Of a stretch of 64,000 bases of DNA, positions 23,701 to 36,000 are shown one piece after another. Source of the DNA: Psammoneis japonica (taxonomy: Eukaryota); the NCBI GenBank assembly GCA_008632985.1, contig QPGO01000073.1, forward strand, positions 1 to 64,000, given 5' to 3'. The translations under genes were made by a program, and so were the position numbers. Position 1 is the first letter of the stretch. The number at the start of each line of letters is the position of its first letter. Under the pieces are notes generated by a model. The model did not search any database. It was not told the DNA's origin and worked only from the letters and a program-made list of their open reading frames with translations.

Positions 23701-26700
23701 CCATTCCCAGATGTTGGTCGATGGCCTCTTCGTCATCGTCCTTGGGTCGTTCTCCTGGCAACAACATGTCCCCGCATTCCTCATCGGTTGGTGTCACACC
23801 ACCTTCATGTTCCACTCCGGGGTTGCCGTCGGCACTGCTTCATCGCCTTGCAAAACGAAGTTCGTGTCCTCCAATCGTGTCTCCAGTTGTTCGTTGAATT
23901 TGTCGACTTTCACATGAATGTCCGGTTGCACCATGTCAGCCTGTGTTGCGTGCTTGACTGAAGTCTTCAAAACTGTCTTCCCAGATTCCACGACAATCCA
24001 ATGGCACATGTCCGATCCGACATTGTGGGAAACACCTAGCCACTGTCCAAGTCTCCTCGGGTCATCTGTTGCATTCGGTTTGTCGGGCCTGTCCCACCAC
24101 CAGACCATGTCACAGAAACCAAAATCCAAGTGCTTGCCTGTTTCGGGTGTCTGACCAGCCACCTCTTCATGCCCAGTCCTCTTGTCGCGACCTCTTGCCA
24201 TGCGAGATGCCAGCTCCGATTCACACACAAGACCAAAATCCCACAGTCATTTTGGTGCCTTTTTCTTTGTCATGCGCAGACACCAACGCTTGGCCAGGAA
24301 CCCAATCTCTCTTTCTGCAGCATGATTCTGATTCTTGCAACCTTGTTCCGTCGTCCCAAGTTGGATCCTCATTCGACGTGCATGCTTGACAAAGTCGGCA
24401 TTTCGTCTGGTAAACTCTCCAGCTCCATCCAACATGAGATGTTCGGCGCACCCACGTCATCTGCAAAATCAACAAGAGACAGACCTGCCTCCGACCTTGT
24501 GGTCATTGGCACAACCTTTGCAAATTTGCCCTGAGCACAAACATTGGCACAAGTGTTGCCGAGCAAAGACTTCACCTCAGATGTCAACGTGTCCACAAAC
24601 CATGTCCCTTTTGGTCGCTTCCAGTGCAAGTCCAGGTGGTCGACCCCAACTCTCCTTGACATTGGTCGAGTCGCCGTCCGCACGCCACGTTGTGTGGTTG
24701 CATTGATGGTGTCCTCAGCCGTTTCCAAGCCGACGTTCCACTTTTGTGCCAGCTCTTCAGCGTCGATCTTGGAGTGACAGTCCTTGCTGCGTGGCTCCTT
24801 GACAGATCTTGCCTTCTCATCCACGTCAGACCTGTGCATGCAAGCTGCGTTGACTGAACTGATGAGCCTGTCACAGAAGGTTTGAAGGTGATGAACTGGA
24901 GACAATCAGGTTAGTTCAGTTTCAACCTCGCCCCATTGGACTGCTTGAGACTCAGCCCTGTCGCTCATCATTTCTGAAATTTGTTCCTGTTGCATGCCAG
25001 ATGTCATTGATCGGATGGCGCGCATTTCAGATTGCTCCCGTGTGCGCTGTGGCAAACCCATGTCGACTTCTGTTGGTTCCCATGCATCTCCTGTCAGTGG
25101 CATGACTGGCAAGTTCTTCTCCTCCCAATCCGTCGGAATGCGAGACTTGAAAGATGCGATTGTCCCCGTGGAATTGAAAGGGATGAAAGCCTCATCAGCT
25201 TTGACTCCAAACCCATTTCGAGCATGCAGGGGTTGTCATGTGCAGGTGTGTTGTGTGCTGCAATTGATTGGGACTCAACAGTGAATGCTGCATGTCAGTG
25301 CCAAACCACAACATTTGGTCTCCGACCAGCAAATGCTCGCGACTCGTCTCCGGATCCGTCCATGCCGTGCAACAACGCGCCACAGGGACCTGTCTAATCG
25401 GCTCACAAGAATCTAGAAACGGGTGCACTTCACAGATTTTGTTTGACAATTCCACAAGTTTCCAGTTGGCTCCAGCACAACAAGCATCCGCATGGGTGTC
25501 ACATTCATTCCTCGCCATGAAACCGGGTGTCGTCACATTCGTTGTCGCGGGCGGTCAGCGACACGCCTTTTCATCATCTTTTCTTGTAAATGAAACATTG
25601 GGTGGGGTCCAGTTAACAACACAATGAGCAACATGAATGCAAATGACATGTGCACCAGATGCGCCAATGCTCCCGCAGCTGAAACCACCCCAATCAGTCA
25701 AGCATGGCCTTGACAGGCTCCTCGACCGAAAGCACGCCCATTCCTGCCACCACAATCACGGTCAGCTCTGCGACCGCGGCCGCCGCCTTGACCTTGTTGC
25801 TGCTCTTGGCCTTGACGATCTTGGACCTGAGCTTTGGCTGCCTGCCTGTTGTCTCCGTCGCATCCACCTCTTCCTGTGGCACCTCCGTGGCCGCCGCGAC
25901 CATGCATCCTTTCACGAGCTTGAAAGACGCAATTGAGGCCTCCGTCAAAGTGCAACCTTTCCCATTCCTGGTCGGCAAAGTTCCTCACAGGATCTGACAC
26001 ATCCACTCCATTGATCATGGTTGCATGATCTCCACCTCTTCCATGTTGTCCACCGCGTCCCCCGCCATGGCCGAATCTTCCCCCACGTCCACGACCACCG
26101 TGATGGAAACCACGGCCACCGCCACCACCTCGGCTAACCTGAGAGATCTTGCATTTCGTGTGACGCCGGGCTTCCAACTGAGCACCTGCATGCAAACGAG
26201 AGACTTCGGATGAGAAACAAGCACATGCCCCCGCGAAGTCGCGAGGGTGCTGGTTGCCAATGACGGCCGCAGCCACCACAAGACGAGCATCATCCGACTT
26301 GACACCCTTTTGAAGGATCTCAACCTTCTGCCGAGCGGATGCACGTTCATCTGGGATCTCATCCAAGGCAGCAAAGGCACTGGCAAGTTTCTCCGTGAAC
26401 TTCTCAAATGCAAGTGCTGCTTCCTTCTTGCGGAACAGTGTTTCGACATTGGCCTTCGCCAGATGAACCCGCTTGCTCAATTCTCCTTCTCCATTGCAAT
26501 GATCAACCCATGCCCAGAATGCTGCGCACCCATTTTCAGTTGCATCACATGGTTCAATCCAAGCCCATCCAGCCGCATCAATCAAACATTCCTTTGACAC
26601 ACAGTGAACACGACAATTGTCCACATCAAATGCATCTCTGGCGAGTGGTGGTTGACACATGCGTTGTTCCTGAGTGTCCGCAAATGCAGCCGGTGCAGGC

Positions 26701-27742
26701 ATCCTCATCACGACATGTTTCAATGGCCTTCAGTGAGCCAAGTTTCTGCGCCAATGGATTCAAGAAGGCATCCTCGCACACGTCGAAATCATCCGTCTTG
26801 AATTTGGCAAGGTCACTGACTGTTGCAGTTGACTCCGTAAATTCCTTTTCAACATGCCTGCCGTCCCCAGCTGCTGCCATGGCTGCATTGTTAAAGTTCC
26901 CCACGACCAGCGGTTGATTCCTTTTCGTCAAATCCCTTGACCACCATGCCAACGCCTGCAAGTTCTTAATTTGAATTGTTCCCAGAATCACACGACCATC
27001 TTCATAGAAAACAAGCCTCGCCCCAGCGTTCTGGTCAACCACACCGCAAACCTGCAAAACTGCATCTGCGTCGGCCGCCGCGGCCAAAGCCGCAAGTGCC
27101 ACTGCAGGTGCCGCTGCCATCCTGTGAAAGAAATTAGAGGCAAAAACCCATGCAATGGGTTGCGATTGAGTGTGAGTGTGCACGGTGCAGGAGGCCACAC
27201 TGACCGGTGTTGTGATGATGGGTTCACTCAGCCAACCGACTTTGGGGTGATCAGTCCCGTGTCGTTTTCGTCGTGAGCACATGCTCGGGCATGCCACCCA
27301 ATGCCACAGTCGCCACACACCCATTGCCAACATGGAGACATTGACTGTCGTGCGAGTGTTTTCCATTGCAAGCTGTTTCCTTGGTTGATGTGTGCGACAC
27401 AGATCATGCGCTGCACGCAACAACCTCCTTTCGACGCCATGCGTGCGACTCAGCACATTTTCTACAGCTGCTCGTTCCATGCACACATTCACAACAAACA
27501 ACCATTCACGACGAGTTGTTCCCTTGTCCTTTTCCATCAGCGTCAATGGCTCTGACAAAGTGAACAAATCCCAATGCAGTGGCGTGAGATGACATTGTGT
27601 CTCAAGCCTGAGAGCGGCAGTGACAAACAAAGCAAACCCCACTCCGATTGTGTCATGTGAGATTGCGCGGGAAAGAACAACAGCCAAACCGTGCGCATCA
27701 GCCCCGGACCAGGGACTGACCGCTCCATTTAGATTTGCTCGC
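20797..27742 (-). mobile_element. Ty1/copia LTR retrotransposon 2 (CoDi-like), decayed
   Basis: 3' LTR 20797-20997 with PPT GAGAGGA; 5' LTR 27561-~27742 truncated; PBS-like 27548-27560; gag ~27120-25700 with RGG-rich tail; protease DTHAD; integrase; RT (KARFVAGG, HVDD); RNase H (DASHAG, NLADLFTK). Confidence 0.93.
22828..23217. mobile_element. MITE, GAC...GTC family, subtype C, inserted in copia 2 pol
   Basis: Ends GATGCATTCCAG / CTGGAGCACGTC; TSD ATGC; interrupts HKFGM|RLPKS. Confidence 0.92.
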
Positions 27743-28744
27743 AGACACATTCCCCACAGGCGCAAGATCTGGATCTGACAATTCTTTGGCTGACAAAGAA
27801 GACTCCATTTGTTCTGCAGAGATGGATGGCACACGGAATCCTCTTCGGAGGTGATGCCCTTCACGGGGGATGACAAGTTTTCCGATGATCTTTTTGATGA
27901 CAGCGGCCATTGCAACAACACTGACAAAAGCAACGATGATGCCAAAAGCACCTGTGTTTCCTCTGGAAAATCTGCTCATGCCAAGAAATGTGGCGCATCA
28001 TGTCCTTTTTTCCACTCATTCCTCATCTGCCGCGCGCTGTTTTCTGATCCGTTTTTGTTCAATTTTGACAGCATTGAAGACTGGCAAAGATGCAGCTGCC
28101 CTCACAAGTGGCAATGGGGAACACCACATTGCCAAAAGTTGTTTCTGCAGGACAACAGAAATGCAGCACAGGAGGAAGCTTTTGGCTCCTGGCCCCGACT
28201 TCCTGGTGCTGCCTCATTTGTGGCACAATCCTGAGAAGGGATTGTGTCACTTTTTTGAGCAATGCCTTGCCATCAATGACGTTGCAGGCCTCTCTCTTGG
28301 CTGCAACTGATTCATCAGGGAGCACTCTGGCCCCACTCATTTGCACAAGGATGATTTGTCCCATGTCGTCATCCAGAAAAAAATTTGTCAGATGATGGTT
28401 GTCCATGGGAGCCTGTGTCATTGAGATCCAAGGGCAACCTGATGCAGGATGCATTGGTGTTTCCTGCGTTGGTTGTGCTGAATCTTTGGTTGTCCCTTGC
28501 AACAACCCCAACATTCAACATTTGTCACATCTTGGATGTTCATGGGTGTGCACATCTGGCCATTGTGGCAAGCTGTCAAACCAGATTCAACCATTTTTTC
28601 CACATGGTCGCCAAGCACTCGGATGACTTTTCAGGAGTGCGCCAGAGTTGGCTGCTCTGACACATTTCTGTCATGCCATCAATTTGTTTGCCTCAGCAAC
28701 TGGCAACATTGGAGTCACCCCACACATGATGAACCCAAGCGGGG

Positions 28745-29133
28745 GACGCGTTCCAGGTCTGGGTGGGACCTTGCACTGCTGAACTGTGACGTCGACAGTT
28801 TTTTGAATCGTGTCGCATGTCGCGCACGCACATTTCTGCGTGATTTTGGCAAAATTTTGTGTCATTTTGCAGTGCAATTGTCAGGCAATCCATTCAACAA
28901 CCTTCAATGTTTTTTTCTTCTACGCCATTCTCGAGTGTCTTAAGAATGGCATGGGGCAGGCGTGTTGTCCAAAACTTTGAGTGCGAACAGAGACACATGT
29001 GCTGCAAACTTGGCCATTTGTTTCACGTCAAAGACAAACATGTCCATTGACCAGAGCATGAACTGCAGAGCTTGCAAGTGGAACTCCATGGGGCAAATGT
29101 CACAAAAAATCCCACCTGGGGCTGGAACCCGTC
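28745..29133. mobile_element. MITE, GAC...GTC family, subtype C
   Basis: Ends GACGCGTTCCAG / CTGGAACCCGTC; TSD GGGG. Confidence 0.9.
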
Positions 29134-29324
29134 GGGGGCAACTTCATCTGGGCACAATGCACCAATCATGATGAAATTGCAAGCAACGACGAGGACCATC
29201 TTGCCAATGATGCAATGGGCCAGCTGCAAAACCAGTGAGGTTTGAAACCATGAAAAATGCCAACAAAAATGAGTGAAAATCACTGTGACAAGTTGTGAGG
29301 TCACCACTGTGCTGTGGCCTCTGA

Positions 29325-32185
29325 TGAGCAAGGCGCTTGAACAAAGAGTGCGCTGTTTTTGTCAATGATGTTGCGGCATTCTTGCGGCTGTCATTCATGC
29401 CAAGCAAGCCTGCCTTGTCACAAGAAAGCAGCTTCATCTCCTGTTCTCCACACATTTTTGCCCTCAATTGAGGGCAACGGGTTCCAGATGTGGGTGGGAC
29501 TCCGTGTGACATTGGCCCCATGGAATTCCACATGCAAACTCCACAGCAAATCTCCAACAGAAAATGAGGCAATTTTGTGAGCGCACAAACTCACCCATGA
29601 CATGAGCACAACATTTGTTGCTTGACCAGGTGCACTCTTCAGACATTGAAGAATGCACCTGGTGCATTTGTGTTCCCATGATTTTGTCAATTGAAACTTC
29701 TGGGGTTTTGCAAAACAGCAAGTCTGGAACAGTTTTTTGGAAGATGACGTGCAGAAATGTGCGCGCAAAACATGCGATGGATGACAAAAAATGTTGTGTC
29801 ACACATCAGTGCTGCAAGGCCCCACCCAGGGCTGGAATGCATTGGGCATTCACCCTCAGCTGAGGGTGTTCACCCTTGATTGAGGGTGCCACCCTTCATT
29901 GAATGCACCCCATGATCAAATTGAGGTCGACGCATGATCTGGGATTTGAGCGTGCCATGATCTGCATCCAAGGGAGGTGTTTTGCCTTTGCGCTGGCTTG
30001 TCTTTGCTTTGGCTTGATTCAAGATCAAAGGGACGGGCTGCCAACCTGACGTGCGTGGCAATTGTTGTGAAGTTCTGCAAATCCCATGGGGTCTGAGCTG
30101 AAACAATGTCTTGGCAACAGCAAGGCACTTGAACAAAGAAGGGGCTGTTTTCATCAATGACGTTGCGGCATTGCGGCTGTCATTTGCACAGCTTGTTCTC
30201 CTGTTCTCCACACCTTTTTTCCCTCAATTGAGGGTGCTCACTCTCAATTGAGGGTGTTCAGCCTTGATTGAGGGTGCACACCCTTGATTGAGGGCACCCC
30301 ATGATCAAATTGAGGGCCGCGCATGATTTGAGATTTGAGCATGCCACGATCTGTGTCCAGCGGAGGTGTTTTGTCTTTGCGTCTGTTTGAATCAAGATCA
30401 AGGGGATGGGCTGCCAAGCAGACAAGCATGGAAATTGTTGGAAAGTTCTGCGCATGCCGTGGGGTCTGAGCTGAAACAAAATCTTGGCAACAGCAAGGTG
30501 CTTGAACAAAGAGTGTGTTGTTTTTGTCGCCCTTCATTGAGGGCACACCATGATCAAATTGAGGGCGGCGCATGATTTGAGATTTAAGCGTGCCAAGATC
30601 TGCATCTGCAGGAGGTGCTTTGACTTTGCAGCTGTTTGAATCAAGATCAAGGGGAAGGGCTGCCAACCTGACATGCACGGCAATTGTTGGAATGCTCCAC
30701 GCATCCCGCAGGGTCTTGGCTGAAACAAAATCTTGGCAACAGCAAGGCGCTTGAACAAAGAGTGTGTTGTTTTTGTCAATGACATTGTGGTGCTGTGGCT
30801 GTCATTCGTGCCAAACAAGTCTGCCTCATCACAAGAAAGCAGCTTCATCTCCTGTTCTCCTCACATTTTTGCCCTCAGTTGAGGGTGCTCACCCTCAATG
30901 GAGGGCACCCCATGATCAAATTGTGGGCGGTGCATGATTTTAGATTTGAGCAGGCCACGATTTGCATCCAAGGGAGGTGTTTTGTCTTTGCATCTCTGTT
31001 TGAATCAAGATCAAGGGGGCGGGCTGCCCAGCGGACATGCGCGGCGATTGTTGGAAAGATCGGCTCATGCCATGGGGTCTGTGGTGAAACAAAATCTCAG
31101 CAAAAGCAAGGTGCTTGAACAAAGAGTGTGCTGCTTTTGTCAATGATGTTGCGGCGTTGCAGCTGTCATTCATGCCAAACAAGCCCACCTCATTGCAAGA
31201 AAGCAGCTTTGTCTCCTGTTCTCCAGACCTGTTTGCCAACAGTTGAGGGTGCTCACCCTAAATTGAGGGTGCCCACCCTTGATTGAGGGTGCCCACCCTG
31301 AATTGAGCACACCCCATGATCAAATTAAAGGCTGTGCATGATTTGAGATTTGAGCATGCCACAATCTGCGTCCGAGGGAGGTGTTCTTGCATCTGTTTGA
31401 ATCAAGATCAAGTGGATGGGCTGCCAAGCAGACGTGCACTGCAATCATTGGAAAGCTCTGTGCATGCCGCAGGGTCTGAGCTGAAACAAAATCTTGGCAA
31501 CAGCAAGGCACTTGAACAAAGAGTGTGTTGTTTTTGTCAATGATGTTGCACCATTGCAGCTGTCATCAATGCCAAACAAGCCTGCCTCATCACAACAGCG
31601 CAGCTTCTCCTGTTCTCCACACCTTTTTGCCCTCAGTTTGAGGGCACTCACCTGCAACAGCAAGGTGCTTGAACAAAGAGTGTGCTGTTTTTGTCAATGA
31701 TGTTGCGGCATTGCAGCTGTCATTCATGCCAAACAAGCCCGCCTCATCACAAGAGTGCAGATTCATCTCCTGATCTCCACACCTTTTTGCCCTCAGTTGA
31801 GGGTGCTCACCCTCAATTGAGGGTGCTCACCCTCAACTGAGGGCGATCACCCTTGATTGAGGGCACCCCATGATCAAATTGAGGGCGGCGCATGATTTGA
31901 GATTTGAGTGTGCCACGATCTGCATCTGAGGGAGGCATTTTTTCTTTGCATCTGTTTGAGTCAAGATCAAGGAGATGGGCTTCCAACCTGACATGCACAG
32001 TGATTGTTGGAAAGCTCTGCGCATCCCATGGGGTCTGAGCTGGAACAAAATCTTGGCAACAGCAAGGTGCTTGAACAAAGAGTGTGCTGTTTTTGTCAAT
32101 GATGTTGTGGCATTGCGGCTGTCATTCATGCCAAACAAGCCCACCTCATCACAAGAAAGCAGCTTGTTCTCCTGTTCTCCACACA
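29325..32185. repeat. Tandem array of about eight ~370-400-bp units (two truncated) carrying CCCTCAATTGAGGG palindromes
   Basis: Marker CTTGAACAAAGA recurs near 29337, 30128, 30501, 30750, 31114, 31511, 31668 and 32070. Confidence 0.9.
29476..29843. mobile_element. MITE, GAC...GTC family, subtype A in reverse orientation, inserted in the tandem array
   Basis: Degenerate ends AACGGGTTCCAG / CTGGAATGCATT; TSD GGGC. Confidence 0.85.
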
Positions 32186-34096
32186 AGCAAGAGCTCCACA
32201 AAGAGCACAATGTCCCTCGTGAATCCTGTGACCCCAACCCCAACCCCCGCTCTTGTTCTGGACTGCAAACATCCAAACTCCACGGCTTTTTTCACTTTCT
32301 CTTTTACATCTGTCAGCATGGAAATGCGAGCAACTTTTTTTGCAGGTTTTGCGAAGCACTCCCAAAGATTCTTTTGAAACAACCCACCAAAAATGCAAGT
32401 CAACAGCAGGACCGGCTTGACCTTGACATGACAAATTGTCACTGTGAGGACCTTGTTGCCAGGGAGTCAGAGAAGCATTTGCTTGAGACAGGTTGGCTCA
32501 ATGAACAAGAACAAGAAGATGCAGCACCTGGGCCCCAACCCTCGAAGCATGGATGCACAGACCCATGCACTGGATTCAAACCTCATGAGTCTGTGATGAC
32601 GGCCACTTGGGCAACCAACTCTGAACTCACTTGGTCAGTCAAACATGGAGATAAAAAGCTGCTGTTCCCTTTCCATCCATTTGATCCAGGGAATTGTGGA
32701 AACAAGTGGGTGTCTGCTCTGCTTCACCAGGTGGAGCAAAATGAAGCATTCCCTGCAGAGGTGGTGAACTTTCACTTTGGATGTGACCTTCCCGGCACAG
32801 ATGAAGATGATCAAGGCATTCTGTGATGCCACCCCAACTTCCACTTGCATCCGTGGGGATGCAGGAGTTGGCACAACTGGGCCATGGACACTTGGGATGA
32901 AAACAAAACCAGCTGCTCAGTTGCAGCACATGTGTTGTTGTGGGCGATGTTTGAAAATGCAGCCATGGGACAGAAATGCACCGTTTGTGCAGGAAAAAGA
33001 TTCTCTCCTCTCCTTTTTTGTTGGTGATGAAACAGAAATGAAAATGAGAGCAGTTGATGCAAGGGACACACTGTCCACCACCTTTGTTCTTCCATCAACG
33101 CAATTGCCTCAAGATCCATTCCCCAGCAGTTTGGAGGACACTGCCTGCTTTGTTGCAATTCCTCCAAGATTTGAATGGTGCAACATGTGACAATTTCTTT
33201 GACAGAAGAACACCACAATTACAAACATCTTGAGGAGCGCTGGTGATGAAACAAGATGGCACACACCAATCCCACAGCATTCCCAACACACTGATCCTGT
33301 GGCAATCTCAACTTCCTGATTCATTGCAGTGTCAAAATGAGATGATGTGCGCTGATCCCACAGCATTCCCAACACACTGATCCCATCTCAACCACTCAGC
33401 TCATTGCAGCAACAACTGCCTCATCCATTGCAGTGCCATGCATGGGTCAAACTTGTCCAGCTGCAAAGAGCCTGCCGATGACAATGATTTGCTGCTGTCA
33501 TTGAATTGTTGTTCAATGGACAGCAAATCACATTTGGTGAATGTTGCTTTGCAATCAATTTTGTCAGGTGAGGAATCCAACAGAGACATTGTGTTGACCA
33601 CAACCAAATCTGTGTCATCCAAAGCTTCATTGCCATTTGGACCAACAACTGACACATCCTTTTTGTTGTCAAAAACCACATTCTCATTGTGTTCAGAGAC
33701 TTGGTTGTTGGCACTCTTGTCACTGCATTCACTCTTTGCTTCAGACTTTGACAACTCCGTTGCTGCAGCATGGGAAAGTTGCACGCACGAGGCTGCTTTG
33801 TCACACAGAGACTGCAGCAGGGGTGTTGTGTTGCTCCCTCAATGCTTGTTGCAGCTGGGGTGAGGCAGGCATCCAAGACAGTTTGCTTTGAGTTCATCAG
33901 CAACAAACTCACTGAGCTCAGATTTTCCAATTCCTTTTTCCAAAGATGCTCCAAGTGCAACAAAACGTTGGATGGGTTGCAGCATTTCAAAAGTGCTTTT
34001 GTGCATCCACTCCACACTGCCTGCACAATTTCCCTGTGTCATCTTTCTGCAAATGAAACTTTTGGTGTGATGCACTTCCTTCGTGGTTCGACTGCA

Positions 34097-34476
34097 GACG
34101 GGCTCCAGTCCCAGGTGGGACTTTTTGTGACATTGGGCCCGCACGCTCCACAGCAAAATTGTCAAGCAATGGATGCATGAATGATTGCCAACAGAAAAAG
34201 AGGCAATTTGTGGGTGCATCTCCTCCTCCACACTTGAGGTGCATTCTTTACAATGCACCCGGGTGTGTTCTTCAGACATTGAAGAATGCACCCAGTGCAT
34301 TTTTGTTGTCACAATGTGGACAACAGAAAGCCTTTGGCTTTGCAAAACAGGCAATGTGGAACAACATTTTACAATGGAACACGCAGAAATGTGTGTGTGA
34401 AACATCCAAAGGATGACAAAAAACAGTTGTGTCACAGTTCAGCAGTGCGAGGTCCCACCTGGAGCTGGAGCCCGTC
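34097..34476. mobile_element. MITE, GAC...GTC family, subtype F
   Basis: Ends GACGGGCTCCAG / CTGGAGCCCGTC; TSD pair TGCA / TACA. Confidence 0.88.
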
Positions 34477-36000
34477 TACACCTGACCTCTGTGTTGCCAA
34501 CACCACTGCAGAGTGGAAAAGGTGATGCGTCAGCCAGAACAAAGCCTCTGCTCTTGGAAGAGTCGAGCATCCGGATTTTGTTGTGGAGTCTCTCCACTCA
34601 CAAATCAACTGTGTTGTTCTTTGGACTCCATGGCAGACCACCTTTGATCTCCGAGAAAGCCTCGGAATCCACATCCTCAAGAGGACCCGAATTTCCATTG
34701 ATCACATCAAAGTCACCTGCCAGTGTTTTCACTGCAAACCAAAGCTGGTCTGTCCCTTTGAACATGGATTCTCTCTTGCCTGCAGACAATTTGTTCATCA
34801 CCTTTTCTGGCAGCAACCACCCCTCACTGCAGGACAAACAGTGGCTGGATTGATGTGGCCAAGAAACAAGTCATCACAATCCACGCCAAAATCCTTTTTC
34901 AATGTTGGTTTTCCAACAGAGAATGGAGGCAAGGTGGCAGGAGACTCCACCAGAACAACCAAATTTGTTTCACCCGGTGACTTGCCAACAACACATTGTT
35001 TGCCATCTGTGTGGATTCAATCATTGGCGCTTTCTGTGATTTGTTGGATGGCCACACACACTTGAGTTCTTTGTGTGTGTCTTTGAGGAAATTCTCCAAA
35101 ACATTGGCATCAAGAGCAGAGCCAAGCAAGGAGAGTTTGCCGGTGCCTTCCATTGTCAGCACTGCTCAGTGGTGGTCTCTACAAAATGTTGAAGAATGCG
35201 CAACATGTGCCAACGTTGGGCATTGAAACCAAACGGGCCTCCAGAGCAGAGAGTTCCAAGTGAGATTCATCATCCCAGGCAGACTGCTTGTTCTCAATTG
35301 TCGCTGATGCGGCAAAACTTAGAACTCATTTCAAATCTCATTGAGATCTTAAAAAGCAACCAGACAAGTCACTTGATGAGATCTGTGGCTCCTGCTGTGC
35401 AACAACTCGGGACATGCCTGGGAGTGACTGGGACCCAAATTGACGCTGTTGTCACATTGCTGCGGCAGGCTGAAAGCAGGCAACATGTTCAGCAATCTGT
35501 GCAAATTGAACGAATGCTTTTGGTCAACTGGGGCAATGTCCTGCACAAAGAATGGCGTTCCTTGTGAACCAGGGGCCAACTGACAATGGTTTCCATTGGC
35601 TCTGTGGTGGGCAAACTGTCAACTGGCTGCACCTGGCTGTCTTCCTGCAAGAAAGACCAGGCCACAAATCACCAATCAACAAGAAATGCAGCAGCTGCTT
35701 GGCCTCTCTTGAGCTCCTTTGTGGATCATTTCTCTGCAATGCCAACCTGCTTTTTGGCTTGATTCTCTCCATGGAATCATGCACGTCAATGAGTGAAAAG
35801 GGACCGCGCTCTTGTGCAGGCATGTCAATCTGTCCCCTGCGTCCTGGCTGGCTGGGATGAGGTCCTTCCATTGGCAATGCTGGGATGTCAGCAGCGGTGC
35901 ACCATCCTTTGGAATTCTCAAACAGCCAAGCATTTGTGAAGCAGCAAAAACATGATGTGACCAGACGACGGACTGGAAAATCCCCCAATTCTTGTCCTTC

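Noticed and set aside
10719..27742. Alternative genetic code explaining Tyr>Cys/His
   Set aside because: Neighbouring genes use TAY and TAA normally, the same Tyr becomes either Cys or His, and non-coding DNA is affected too.
29325..32185. CRISPR-like palindromic repeats
   Set aside because: The intervening sequence is itself repeated, so this is a tandem array.
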